Shown: positions 10,821 to 25,699, counted from the first letter of the whole stretch. The stretch: DNA of 63,496 nt, filler included, from Octopus bimaculoides (GCF_001194135.2; 6 parts of 5 records of this genome joined end to end with filler, not necessarily neighbours in it), one strand, 5' to 3'. A program made the numbers and translations. Notes: generated by a model from the letters alone, not told the origin.

Positions 10821-12454
10821 AACACGCGCATATACATATGTATACGTGTATATGCATATGGATTAATTCGAATGGAAAGTATATTCGCAGCAAACTAAAC
10901 CAGATGCGAGAAAGCAGGTCGTAGTTGTGTGACAAAAATTCTGGAATTTCATGAGATAAATTCAATTTGACTTTAACAGCATTTTCTGCTAGTAACTAAC
11001 TACATTGACTTTAGAAATGTCAATTAAATGTATAAAAAGAAAATATAATATCGACATAGTGATTCGAATCAGCATCAATCTGATAGAGGATTCCCAGTCA
11101 CACATATTTCGGAAAATTGCATGCACAGCTCTTTTCTCTCGCGTATCAGTTTTCCATAGCCACCAATTCCATTTCAGTACAAATAAATAAATAAATGAAT
11201 AAACACAAATCCCTGACGGGAAATGTTACAAAAGAAATTATATGAGTTGCGCATGATTCTAACAAAAGAAAAACTATTTTCAAAGACATGAATTTTCATT
11301 GTGAGGATTATTGTGGGTACAACCGAAATTACCCACCATTACGATAGAAACCAGGAACAAGAGACAAAGATTACATAATATGTTAAGTAGGAAGCCTACA
11401 TGATTTACTGGACCTGCTAGAAATATCAAACAAGTCTTCCTAATATCTTACGTTAATTCATAAATCATATGATAAGAGGGAAAGATTATGGCTGAGAAAA
11501 AAATAGATGTGTGGTCCACGAATAGAATATATTTTGATCATAGTCCGTTTTGTTAATCACTCATGTAAATTAAACAACAATAATAATTATTTGAAAAGCG
11601 TATTCCACCTATGACTTCGAGTGAAATTTCATGCAAAATAGATTCGATATTATTGATGTGATAAAATTGTAAAATAATTAAGAGATGTTTATATTCAAAA
11701 CGAAAGGTAATTAATGTTAGTACCACATGTCTAGGGATTAATTATAATAATTCATTGACATATTTCATGCACAAAATGAAAAGAATCAATTCTAAATCTG
11801 CTAGACATGTAACTTACCTCGAAATTCTAAATGAGAGCTGAAAATACTTTGACAAAATGAAATTAACTAGTGTTGAAAACTGTATCTGAGTTTGAGTTTT
11901 TTTAACATGCAGCCGCCGTATGTGGTATATGGAAACCGTAAACATACATTCTCTACATGAAATTCTGATTTATAGCTATAGTACAAATAGGTTTTAGGTT
12001 TGCAATGACACGTTCATTGTTTGTTTTACTATTAGCGTTTAGCACTAATTTATGACCGACATGTAACTCGAAAAATAACACAGGAAATGTAGAAAATTAG
12101 GACAAAAGAATTCAAAATCATTTGGTAATGGGAGCGAAGCCCCAATTTGGAAATTCCATCAGGAAACATATAATCTAATGTATTATTCGTTTAAGATAGT
12201 AGGGAGATATTTTACATAAATATTGGTTGTAATTCTATCAGGTGGAACATGGCGTTATGAATGAGGGATTCACTAAAGTACTCAAACGCCGAAAGAAACA
12301 TAATTTCACCTCCCCATTCAATAGCCACAAATGTAAGATTCATACATTATTTTGCTCACACGAATTTTCATTATTGAAATTAAAGAATAAAATTCTCTAC
12401 TGGTCTTTCTACATATATTTGGAGATGGAAAGGAATCTTGTGACAGTATGATTA

Positions 12455-13722
12455 ATATCGGTTTGGCAAGAAAGTAATTCCATTTTTCGCAAATAGTTTT
12501 ACGATTGTTTTGAATGACTTTTGGCAACGATATGATTTTTTTCCTTTTGACATTTGATAGCCGTTACTTTTAGCTTACTTTAGAAGCAAATTGCGCGTGA
12601 CTTTGTTTACAGCTGTTAGTTCAGTGTCAATTGTAACATGGAGTGCAAAAACGAACATTTTCGCCATACTTTGCTTTTTTATTTTCAGAAAGGCAACAAA
12701 GCTGCTGAGGCCCACAAAGAGATATGTGAAGTTTATGATGTTAGGCGCCTAACAGAATGCACATGTCAGAAATGGTTTTAAATATTCCGTTCTGGAGATT
12801 TTTCACTAAAAGATGACCAAGTTTCTGGTCGACTTACTAAAGTTGATGATGACCGAATCAAAACCATAATTGAATCTGATTGTCATATAACTGTGCGGGA
12901 GATAACATACAGGGCAAATGTATCACACACAACAACTGAAAATCACTTAAAATGTCTTGGACTTGTTAAGAAGTTCGATATTTGGGTTCAACATAAATTG
13001 AAAGAGATTCACATGACACACCGAATCAATATTTGCGATATGCATTTAAAACGCATTGAAATCGACCTCGTCTTGAAACGAATCATCACGAAAAATGCAT
13101 TCTCTATCATAACATCAATCCAAAACTGTCATGGTCCAAGCGTAATGAACCAGCAAAAACCACTTCGAAAGCGAAATTGCATAAAAAAAGGTCATGCTGT
13201 TAATTTGCAGGGATGAGAAAGGGGTTTTGCATTTTAGCTGCTTCCAAAGAACCAAATGATCAATTCAGATGTTTACTCTCAACAACGAATGAAACAGGAG
13301 GAAGCAATCAAATGAAAACAGCCAAAATTGGCAAATCGTAAAGGAATGACAATGCTAGACCACACACGTCTTTGCTAACTGATGAAAAATTACTGGAGCT
13401 TGGTTGGAAAATGATGTCACATCCACCAGATAGCTCTCATCTTGCTCCATCAGATTACCATTTATTTCGAAATTTGCAAAATTCTGTGGATGTTAAAACT
13501 TTCAATAATGATGATGATCTAAAATCGCACTTGCTTCAATTTTTGTCTGAATAAGAACCAGGAGTTCTATTAGAGCGGAACCACGAAGTTGCCAGAAAGA
13601 GATGGTAAAGGGTCATGGAACAAAATGGAGAAAATATAATTGATTAAAATTCATTCTTTGTATGAAAAAAATGAATTTCATTTCACACTATAAAACCAAT
13701 TTTATTTTCTTGCCAACTTAAT
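12455..13722 (+). mobile_element. Full-length decayed mariner transposon with both TIRs
   Basis: TIRs TTGGCAAGAAAGTAATT / TTTTCTTGCCAACTTAA with TA flanks; MECKNEHFRH...CQKWF...WVQHKL...HPPDSSHLAPSDYHLFRNLQNS with stops and frameshifts. Confidence 0.92.
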
Positions 13723-15799
13723 ATACCTTGGTGTGTATTTGCTTTTGTATATTCATTATCACACTATGGCAAAGAAATAAATGAGCGAATATATCATCCT
13801 AGCTTAACGCGTAAAGTTTTATTATCAGCATAAAAAGCATGTTGGATAAAGAACTTGTAATCGTTGAAACTGTATATATAAAACACAATAACTACTCCAT
13901 AAATTTCGAAAAAAGAAAATAGATAAGTGGCGACTGTCATATTAAAACGTTCAATGAAAAGGCTTTCACACTCTCATATTGTATAGCTTTCATTTTCGGT
14001 TTTCTTTTCTATGTTTTATTTTCTTTCAAACTTCTTCGTACTTGTTATGATGTTATATACTTCATTTTAATTTCCTGAATTGACAGTTTTCAGCTCGGTT
14101 TATTGGTGAATAAGTTCTCACTATGCTTGCTATTATTTATTTTTCTCTTCCTTTCATTTCTCATATCCTTTTCTTTCTTTAATAATGGAGTTATGCTTTA
14201 GAATACCAGAGTATAAGGTATTTCTTAACTTTTTCTAACATAACTATGACAAATATAATTTAATTATAATTATTCATTTGATTTGTTGGTTTTGTTTTTT
14301 GATTAACTGATTGGAAATTTGTGAAATTAGTTAACATATTTTAAAATTCAATTGCATACTCGACTATTCAAATTCTTGCTTCTGTTTTCGTTCTCTAAAC
14401 ATTTTTATTAAATGTTTCTTGTTTCATTTCTTGTTTCATTTTCTGGGTCGACAAATTTAAAATTAAGTTTATATGTTTGTGTTTGTATGCATCATTGGAA
14501 ACCTCTATTCTCAAAATCTACAACAACGACAACCCTTCAAATGCCCCCATCCCACCCCTTCCATTTATCTACCAATACTCTTCTATACTTCTCTCAATAA
14601 CTTGATCATTCACCCTTCCATTTTCCTGTACTGACTCTGTTATCTCTTCATCCTCGTCCTTGCTTCCTCACTCCTCTCACCCCAATCGAACCACTACATC
14701 ATCTTTCCACTAGTACTTGCCTTCCTCTTCATCCACGATACCAATACATTTTCCAGTCTCTCGACCTGAAATGTTAGATTTTTGTCTCTCCACCTTGAAG
14801 ACCAGAATGTGGAGGCCGGATCTAATCCATGTCTATTTGCTTCTATCAATGGTTGCATATTTCTGCAAACATGATGAAGTAAATCCGAGCCTCCGGAAAC
14901 AGCTATCGCACTTATAACACCGTACTTGTCCATCTTTAATTTTTCTGTGACTTGTAATCTGTGTTTGTTTGCACTGTTAATATATAAATATCTATATATT
15001 TATATTTGAATATTCATGGTCTGAAAATGTTCATGCTTTGCTTTCTCTTTATTTACATACATATATATTTTCTATATACAAGTAGTTTTATTTTTATGTG
15101 CGTCATTNNNNNNNNNNNNNNNNNNNNNNNNNNNNNNNNNNNNNNNNNNNNNNNNNNNNNNNNNNNNNNNNNNNNNNNNNNNNNNNNNNNNNNNNNTAAT
15201 TGTTAGAGAGGACAACCAACGCTAAAGCAAGGCAAACGTCTCAAATCGTATAAAATATTATTATTGGAAAAACTTCAAAGTCTTACATCCGTTTCTGGGA
15301 TATCCCCGAGTAATGAGATATTGAGTCATCAGAGACAAATTGGGGAAAATAGGGAAAATGAGAGTGGTATATTTTCATGAAATGACGACATAGAGGAGGA
15401 GAATAAAGGAATAAAGAGGTGAAGACAGAGAAGAAAGAAGAAACATAAAAGTTCATAGTTTAAATTTCCGATGTTTTAGAAACACGAGCACACATCCTTG
15501 GGTACAATCCTGCGTAGATACATATGGGTTAAAATCCAGAGATAAAAAGACGCGAACATATCGACATTCAATAACAGAATGGTAGCGGAGGTGGCTATAA
15601 AGTGGTAAAAGAAAAAACAGTAAATAGAGAAGTAGATGGAGTGAGGGGGTAGAATTTAAGGATTAGCTTTAGGATTAGATCAAGTGTATAGGCGCATGGT
15701 GTCTAAGAATATTGTGTACGGGGTAGCGTACACAATATTTACCTAGCGTACCTAATCGTTTAGAACACCTGTGAACTAAACCGCCATATTTTGTATATA

Positions 15800-15840
<41 letters not shown>

Positions 15841-15884
15841 NNNNNNNNNNNNNNNNNNNNNNNNNNNNNNNNNNNNNNNNNNNN

Positions 15885-15896
15885 TTAATTAATTAA
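15885..15896. other. Artificial gap linker TTAATTAATTAA
   Basis: Same 12-mer centred in an N gap. Confidence 0.95.
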
Positions 15897-15940
15897 NNNN
15901 NNNNNNNNNNNNNNNNNNNNNNNNNNNNNNNNNNNNNNNN

Positions 15941-16236
15941 AGCTGTATAAGACCCCTGCCACCTTCTGTGCGTTGTATATATAGCCTTTCTATGTCAGAT
16001 TTTGGGTGGTGCATCCTATATCCTGTCATTATTTTTCTTGTTTTCCTGTCTATTTTACATAGTTCGTTTAGTGTCCAGTTAAGGATGTTGTAGCTGTAGC
16101 TTATAACTGGGACAGCTAAAGTGTTGATACCCATTATCTTGTTTTTAGCATTGAGCTCTGTTTTTAGTATTGATCTAATTCGTCTATAGTACTCTTTCTT
16201 TATTTTTTCTTTCATTTGTGTATGTTGTATCCTATC
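15941..16236 (-). mobile_element. R4/Dong-clade LINE fragment (post-RT region)
   Basis: KEYYRRIRSILKTELNAKNK...IDRKTRK...HHPKSDIERLY...GGRGL; abuts (TAA)n. Confidence 0.85.
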
Positions 16237-16266
16237 ATTATTATTATTATCATTATTATTATTATT

Positions 16267-16700
16267 GAGTGAGAGAGCAGCGCATGCCATCAAAGTGACA
16301 CTGGACTACAAATATAAGTAACCCAATATACCAATCGTGGCTTCCCGTATGACAGGTGTAGTCCAGGCAATGGATCACAACAATACGTGCGCTACATGGT
16401 GTTCTCACATCACGATAAATAGCGCATGACCTTGCAGGTGGGACTTAGAATTTTCCTAAGATCGAGTAGCTCGTTACACTCAAAAGGTCCCTGAGTAAGT
16501 CTTTTTTTAAGGATGTTGAACGAAACACCTCTATATGTTTTCATAGGTGAATTATTCATACCCCAAAGAATTCCTCTCAACACATTTATATCTTCGTAAT
16601 TAGAGATGCACATATCGTCAGCAACTAAGGGACATGCTCACCTGGTTAAGATCAAGCAACTGACAATCGTATCTGTGGTACTGAGAAGAGAATATTTGCT
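16267..16700 (-). mobile_element. Orphan ~570-bp (TAA)n-tailed repeat, 5'-truncated
   Basis: Homologous to 25118-25283, 51088-51664 and 59088-59628; ends GCTCTCTCACTC(AAT)n. Confidence 0.85.
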
Positions 16701-16787
<87 letters not shown>

Positions 16788-17539
16788 GGTATTCTGCTCG
16801 TGGATTTCAAAGAGAAAAGATGTGTGTCCGTGAATGTAGGTTTTGTTCACTTTGTACAGATAATGTATTTGAAAATGTTTTACCACATTTCTGTGGCCAG
16901 ACCGACTGTGCTCTTGCTGAGCGGTTAGGTTGGACCTTAGCCCTTTTGGGACGAATTTTTAATTTAAATTCTTCAATTTCTCATTTTTCAATTTTGAAAT
17001 TTGAAAAAATGTCCTTGGAGAAGAGTGTCGGCTCTTACTTTCTTTTTGACGTTCCCCTCTGCTGTCGGAAAACAGCCAAAAGAGTTTAAAACTTAATTGT
17101 CTCCGACCTCTCCGCTCCTTAAAAGGCATAGAGAGGGACAACCAAAGTCTTTCTAGTACGTGCAACGCTGAGCAACAGAAGGAAAAAGAAGAAATGAAAC
17201 GCAAGGAAGAAGAGGAAATGTGCAAGGAAATTGAGCTAATGGACGCTGCTAGCATCGCAACACCTGTGAATTCAAGACCTCTCACTGCTATCACTAACGC
17301 TAACACATTGAACACTTAAAGATAGAAACAACAACACCCCAAAGCATTAAACAGCTTTGCTTTAATGGCAAAGCATAGAAATGAATTCATTAATATTTCT
17401 ATAGAATCTCTCAAAGACAACAGAAGCATATTAAAAAGAAGAAGCAAATGATGTGTTTCGATAAACACACATCCTGATATTATAGGCAATACAGATAAAC
17501 GTACCATAGTGTACGAAACTAGGAAATACGGGACGAGAT

Positions 17540-17960
17540 AATGGGCTGTATGGGGAGAAAAATCACCGGGATGAGATGGTCTGCCCTAGGAGCTTTATGC
17601 CAGACTTGTTTCCAGGCCTCTTGGCAGATATCTACTGCAACTGGCGACAGAATGAGAGAATTCCCAAATCTGTGGGCCGAGGATCAGTGCTAGTGCTGAG
17701 AAAGGATGAAAAAAAGGGGGGAGCTATTAAATGATATTAGTCCCACCCCTCTGCTTAATGCAGACATGAACATTTTGGCCAAAGTATTAGTGAAGAGGTT
17801 GGCGCTCGTCGTCGAGATACTGGTTGGTGACGCAAACTGGTCCATCTAAAACAACATCCACTTCATGCGCTACATTGTGGATAGGGTAGTTAGGAAACTT
17901 AGCATGTGACCAATTTAGATCAGTCAAAAGTCTTTCATTGGGTTGACCATAAGTATATAC
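17540..17960 (+). mobile_element. Tx1/L1-like LINE reverse transcriptase fragment
   Basis: Degenerate KSPG.DGLP.ELY...LLNADMNILAKVLVKRL...LDQSK.F.WVDHKY. Confidence 0.75.
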
Positions 17961-17964
17961 TGTC

Positions 17965-19053
<1,089 letters not shown>

Positions 19054-19309
19054 TATTGATTTATTCGTGTCTTAATTGTTGCCTATATCGCTTTATATGA
19101 ATATTAATAAAAGTCGAAATTTGCGCCGAAATAAAAATGAAAGATGAACGGCAAAACTAGGTCTGTTGATGAATGATAGAGTTAGATATAAGGAAGTAAT
19201 ATAATAGTTGTCAGAGAAATTACTTGTAAATATGATTTCACGATTGTGCCAAGTTGCTTTGGAAATATTTCAAATCCATTTTTAGGTCCTCCTCTTTGCG
19301 TCTTGGTCT

Positions 19310-19430
19310 CTCTCTCTCTCTCTCTCTCTCTCCCCCCCTCTCTCTCTCTCTCTCTACCTCTCTCAATCTCTTTCTCGCCCTCTCTCTCCCTCCCTCTCGT
19401 TCTCCCTTTCTTTTCTTCCCTCTCTCTCTC

Positions 19431-19461
<31 letters not shown>

Positions 19462-19500
19462 GTGTGTGTGTGTGTGTGTGTATGTATGTGTGTGTTTGAG
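19310..19500. repeat. Compound (CT)n/(CA)n/(TG)n microsatellite, representative of dozens in the window
   Basis: Direct inspection; source of several spurious ORFs. Confidence 0.95.
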
Positions 19501-20065
19501 TGTGTGTGCGTGCATGTGTGTATTCGCACATGCGCATACACCTATATATAATGATATATGCATGCACACAGACATATACATAAATGAATATACAATACAT
19601 ACATATACACTTATAAATATATAGAAGTGCCTATGTATAGGTATGCGTGCATGGGTATGTGTGTGTACAAATGTATGTGTATATAGACATTCATATATAT
19701 TATTCTACAACTGCTTCTTATACTCAGAACAAATACACATTTAGACATACACGCACATACACTACACATTAATGTGAGTATAATGAACTTCCCGTTGGTT
19801 TCGATGTATTTCTATCCATCTCTTTGGTTAACTGAACGGCTGATCTACTAAAATATAACATGGAGTGACTGCATTTTCCACTGACTATTGGACCTGCTTT
19901 TCAAATCAATGTCAAGCAGAATCTCTGTGACACTGCTCCCAGACGGTAGGGACTCTGAAATACAGTAACAACTCAACCGATGGCTTTCAGTTTTCACACA
20001 CATATATACAACAAATAAACACACGCAAACAGACACACATGTTATTCTTTAACAACAGTAATTCT

Positions 20066-20290
20066 TATTTCTTTATTACCCACAAGGGGCTAAACATAGA
20101 GGGGACAAAAAGGACAGACAAGGGGGTTACGTCGATTACATCGACCCCAGTGCGTAACTAGTACTTAATTTATCGACCCTGAAAGGATGAAAGGCAAAGT
20201 CGACCTCGGCGGAATTTGAAATCAGAATATAACGGCAGACGAAATACCGCTAAGCATTTCGCCCGACGTGCTAACGTTTCTGCCAGCTCG
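20066..20290 (-). mobile_element. tRNA-derived SINE, family C (Meta-domain-like), 13-bp TSD
   Basis: Minus-strand body GTCGACTTTGCCTTTCATCCTTTCAGGGTCGATAAATTAAGTAC; TSD CAACAGTAATTCT at 20053-20065 and 20291-20303. Domain name is recalled. Confidence 0.9.
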
Positions 20291-22180
20291 CAACAGTAAT
20301 TCTGATGAGTGATTTCGACGTTAGAGCCAGTTTAGGATTCATCGAAGAATATGTAGTCTACAAAAGGTATGCAGTAATCCTTCAGGTTAATGTGAAATTG
20401 TGTTTATTATAAAGAGACATAAGATCAGACACACACANNNNNNNNNNNNNNNNNNNNNNNNNNNNNNNNNNNNNNNNNNNNNNNNNNNNNNNNNNNNNNN
20501 NNNNNNNNNNNNNNNNNNNNNNNNNNNNNNNNNNNNNNNNNNNNNNNNNNNNNNNNNNNNNNNNNNNNNNNNNNNNNNNNNNNNNNNNNNNNNNNNNNNN
20601 NNNNNNNNNNNNNNNNNNNNNNNNNNNNNNNNNNNNNNNNNNNNNNNNNNNNNNNNNNNNNNNNNNNNNNNNNNNNNNNNNNNNNNNNNNNNNNNNNNNN
20701 NAGAGTATTTTTGTATGTATGTATATATGCCGATTTTTATGTTTTGTTTTATGTATGTATTCTCATGCATATTGTTGCATATCTAGACATGCTCTTTCAT
20801 ACTGTTATGTCTCATGCTACTACTATCTAGCACCTTTGAATGATCTCTACTCAACCACTACACAACTGCTACTCGACGTCTACTCAACACTCCTACCACG
20901 GCCACACTACCTCCATGTATATGTCTTGGGATATCCTACTTCTTCGCCTGGGGGAGTTGACACAACATATACTTAAATGATAAACATCTGGAAGGTTTTA
21001 CAGATTGCATGTATGCATGTATGCATTATGTATGTATGTATGTATATATGTATGTATGCATGTATGTATGTATGTATGTACATGCTTCTAGTCTCTCCCA
21101 CAGGCACACACGCATATGCAATGGCAATGACATCATTTTAATAACTCAATGGTACCAACGATGTAAATTTCAATAATTAAGTTTATTTGAGTTGCATTTG
21201 ATATTGTGCAAACTATATTATTTTCCCACAAATTTGATGTACAAGAATAGAATCGGTAGCTACTGTTAGTAATTTCTAAGCCTAAATCAGATTGTGTTCT
21301 CTTAAAAGAAGCATAATAACTTTGGAAATGAAATCTCGAATTCTAGAAATGATCTCCATTTTTATTTAAGAGTCGGTTATAGTTAAAACCAAATTTCTGC
21401 TTTATTGTTGTTTCTGACGAATAATTACTATATGAGAACTTTAGGGAAATTTAGGCTTCATGGTGCTCTAACGGGGAACGTAATTAGTTTCAAACTTTAC
21501 ATGCGTGACGAGAGCTAGAAGGTAGATAGACACTAGCAGGGACGCGCAGAATCTTAAAGCCACGCGTGCAGACGTATTAGCATATGCACATACGCATAAG
21601 AACAGAAACAGAAAATTGTTAGTTCATCTCAGTGAAATATTTAATCAATGCTTTAAACAAACGGAGTAGAGCTGAAATAGACTACATGAATAAATTTTAA
21701 GTATTTGACACAAGTTACCTCGTTATCTAGAGATTTGGGAACTACTCAACACCTCCACCGCCATTGAACGAAAGAATATATGGAACTTGCTTGATATCAA
21801 GTGAAGTTTGAAGGTAACTTGGACAGGAAAAGAATATGGGACGAAGTCATAACTTTACATATCTCCAAGATCTAAGAATAATAACGACAACAAGGAAGAA
21901 ATTAAACACACATACACACACACGCACATACAAACCCACATGTATTCATTCCTCGCACATATGCATACACAATCTATTATTCTCCGATCTCTTCTATTTA
22001 GGAACAGCAATTAGTCACAAACCAAGAACGTTGGTGTCTTATTTGTAACTGTTCAGTCAAAGGTGTTCTCAATTGATCGAACTAATCGACTTCATTTTTC
22101 AGTCAACTGTCATTTATTTACTTGTATCTCAGTTAGTCACTGTCAAATATATCACAAACACACACACACACACACACACG

Positions 22181-22216
<36 letters not shown>

Positions 22217-22218
<2 letters not shown>

Positions 22219-22403
22219 CTTTATTTAAAAGCAGCAGAAATATAACAAAAAAAACCCCGTTACTCTGAGTTTCACGTTCCCGTTCATCGGACAGTTTTGT
22301 TAGAAATGGAGAAAGGATAACAAAACTGTCCGATGAACGGGAACGTGAAACTCAGAGTAACGGTTTTTTTTTGTTATATTTCTGCTGCTTTTAAATAAAG
22401 CAT
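22217..22403. repeat. ~85-bp inverted repeat with 15-nt spacer
   Basis: Arms 22217-22302 and 22318-22403 differ only in an A/C run and one base. Confidence 0.95.
22322..22367 (+). ncRNA. Type I hammerhead-ribozyme-like motif (U4C core); mirror copy on minus strand 22258-22298
   Basis: AAAACTGT-CCGATGA-ACG ggaa CGT-GAAA-CT cag AGT-A-ACGGTTTT: all three stems pair, GUA cleavage triplet. Confidence 0.6.
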
Positions 22404-22413
22404 NNNNNNNNNN

Positions 22414-22471
<58 letters not shown>

Positions 22472-22689
22472 GTGTGTGTGTGTGTATATGTGTGTCTGCT
22501 TCTATGTGTTTGTGTGTGTTGTGCTCGTGTGTGCGTGTGTTTGTGCGTCTATGTGTGTATGTTGCTTCTTTGTTCTTTCCAACTTATTTCCTTTCAATCT
22601 TTTTTATTTTTCTTTATTCCTTTTTGTTTTAAATTCTACGTGTGCATATTACTAATGTTGTTCTTATTTTTTGTCTCCCCTCTCTCTTA

Positions 22690-22900
22690 AAACTCTCCAG
22701 CTACCCTCTCTCCCGCTTTGTGTTCCTCTTCTGTTTCTAGTCCACCTGTTTCTTCGTCCTCTGCCTCTTCGTTTAGATACTTGAATTTTTTCCTTCTATG
22801 TCAAATTTTCCTGCTTCTCTCTATTTCTCTACATTCCCTTCGACTTAGTTGCTTTTCCTTTCCCAATGACCCTAAGTTTCTCTCCAGGTATCTGGTAATC
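22690..22900 (-). mobile_element. Possible RTE LINE C-terminal relic
   Basis: IEGKIQVSKRRGRGRRNRWT resembles the RTE G-K...RGRP..RW terminal motif. Confidence 0.35.
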
Positions 22901-23604
22901 CTGCAGAAGATATCAGAAAAATAATATTAATATGCTGTCACCAAAGGAACTAAAGTCAGAAACATTGATAAATAATTTGTTGAACTGACAACTAAATATT
23001 TCATACATGTAACCAAATAGACGATGAGGTCACTTGAGGAGAGTTCAATTTCTAAAATACATGTTTTCCCAATCTCTCTTTGTTTTTCTTCATCCATGCT
23101 TCCAACATAGCCGACCCTCACCTCATCACTGCATGCCTGAATTTTCTACTCCTTCGTCACTGCTGCCCGCCATGCGCAGGGATCCCAGTTTTATTGTAGA
23201 AGGATTTCTGTTTTATTGTAGCATTGTAGATGCTCTCATCTGCTGATAACAGCACGTTTTCTGTTTTTAAAAAGAAATCTATATTTTATTTTAGCTTATA
23301 TGATAGATCTTGGCGAGAGGAATGGACCCATGTTATATGCAAAAATATTCAGTAGAAGAAAACCGGCGAGAAAGAAAAAGGAGACTAACCCTTGAAATCG
23401 AGTTTGACTCTATTTTTTTTTTATTTAAAAAAAAAATCTTTATTTAAATTCAACGTTTCTGATAGACCATTTGTTAGAAGTCTCTTCAGCGGTTTTTGTT
23501 GCTTTTTGCATTTGAGAAATTTATGTGTTTTCAGGATGTTGTTAAATTTTGGGACTCTAGTTAGTAAACGGAGATTGCAAAATGGTGTTCTATGCCTCAT
23601 TGTC

Positions 23605-23643
<39 letters not shown>

Positions 23644-23727
23644 NNNNNNNNNNNNNNNNNNNNNNNNNNNNNNNNNNNNNNNNNNNNNNNNNNNNNNNNN
23701 NNNNNNNNNNNNNNNNNNNNNNNNNNN

Positions 23728-23779
<52 letters not shown>

Positions 23780-23782
<3 letters not shown>

Positions 23783-24659
23783 CATGGGTTGAAGTGCGAC
23801 ATTCAACTTTGAATAATGCTTGGCAAAATATTTGGCCAGGCAGTATCCGCGACGTTACAAGTTCTCGTCAAGTAGAACGTGAACATCAAATTTGAAAAGA
23901 TATCGTGACATTTGCAAAGGATGTAGGATTTGAAGAAGTCATAGCGGATAATATGATTGATTTCCTACTGTCCCTGAAAAAGTGTAGCTGATAATCGATA
24001 AAGAACAACCTGAGAATGCAGGTGAGATAATAGAAGTTTCACCAACACCACTTGAACTGGCTGCAAAAATTATTGCTAAAGTGTCGGCAATTATAGAGGA
24101 AGGTTTGCAGGCTTTTGTTGATAATGACCCTAATCGCTTATGTAACATAACAATTACGACAGTAGTTTACGACGAGCTCAGTTCCAATACAAAGTTCCTG
24201 TACAAAGAGATGATGGTCATAAACAACTAATAACTTTGGATATGATCTTCCCACCTCAAGCTGATGTTCGCGATAATAAACTATAAGGCAGTAAATATTA
24301 CCCCTCATAATTCCTAGCAACGCTCATTCCGTCACCATTCCTCACACAGTAGTTAACAACTTTTGTGATAAGAACGTACTCTTACGATATTACCATTCTT
24401 ATTAATTCCCCTAACGTATTCCTCCTGAAATGTTTTCGTGCTTTTATGTATAAATATTCGACCGTATATGTTTAAAAATTATGTCCATGTATAAAAGTGA
24501 TCGCGTTCCTTGCTCTAAGCTGTTATCTTTTGTTTCTTCTTCCTCAGCAAATCTGTACGATCGCAATGTGAAGTGATAATATGAAAATCAATAAGAAAAT
24601 TGATTTCGTATTACAGAATTTCAAGGAACACATTACTTCTGTAAAGTGAGGGATTCCTG
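23780..24659 (+). mobile_element. pogo/Tigger-like DNA transposon 3' part
   Basis: SWVEVRHSTLNNAWQNIWP...FAKDVGFEEV...IEEGLQAFVDNDPNR; right end GTAAAGTGAGGGATTCCTG-TA. Confidence 0.7.
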
Positions 24660-24725
24660 TACACACACACACACATACACACACGTACACAGACATACAC
24701 ACACAATTATATATATAATAATAAC

Positions 24726-24763
<38 letters not shown>

Positions 24764-24774
24764 TAATAATAATA

Positions 24775-24984
24775 CTTTCTGCTAAAGGCACAAGGTTTGA
24801 AGTTTGCTGGCGGGGTTAAGTCGATTTTATCGACACCAGTGCGTAAATGGTACTTAATTTATCAACCCCGAAAGGATAAAATACAAAGTTGACTTCGACG
24901 GCATTTGAACTCAGAACGTTAAGACAGACGAAATAACGCTGATTATTTCGCCTGGCATGCTAAGGATTCTGCCAGCTCACCGAC
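24775..24984 (-). mobile_element. SINE family C
   Basis: Homologous to 20066-20290; flanked by (TAA)n on both sides. Confidence 0.85.
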
Positions 24985-24988
24985 ATAA

Positions 24989-25339
<351 letters not shown>

Positions 25340-25520
25340 TAATAATAATACTCTTTCTTTATTAAACAATTTTTTTTTTTTTTTTANNNNNNNNNNNNNN
25401 NNNNNNNNNNNAATTTTTTAAAATTTAAAAAAAAATAATAAAAATTCTTTTATTTGTTTATTTATTTTTAAATCTTTAAATTTTTTAATTTTTTAATTTA
25501 TTTATTTATTTATTTATTTT

Positions 25521-25632
25521 TCAATAGAGTAAACATAAGAGCACCACAGCAAACCACAGCACATACCCAAGGCGCACAGAGCTGCGCTCGGTAGTGAAGT
25601 GAAAGCACGTTATAAAAATAAAACTACTGAAC
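25521..25632 (+). mobile_element. Dong-type LINE ORF end and 3' UTR
   Basis: Near-identical to the 3' end of 61885-62614; followed by (TAA)n. Confidence 0.85.
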
Positions 25633-25699
25633 AATAATAATAATAATAATAATAATAATGATAATAATAATAATAATTCAGACAAAAGATAATAGAAAC

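Noticed and set aside
14694-14933. 79-aa ORF and an alternative RCYKC frame
   Set aside because: No complete zinc knuckle or other domain; cannot be assigned.
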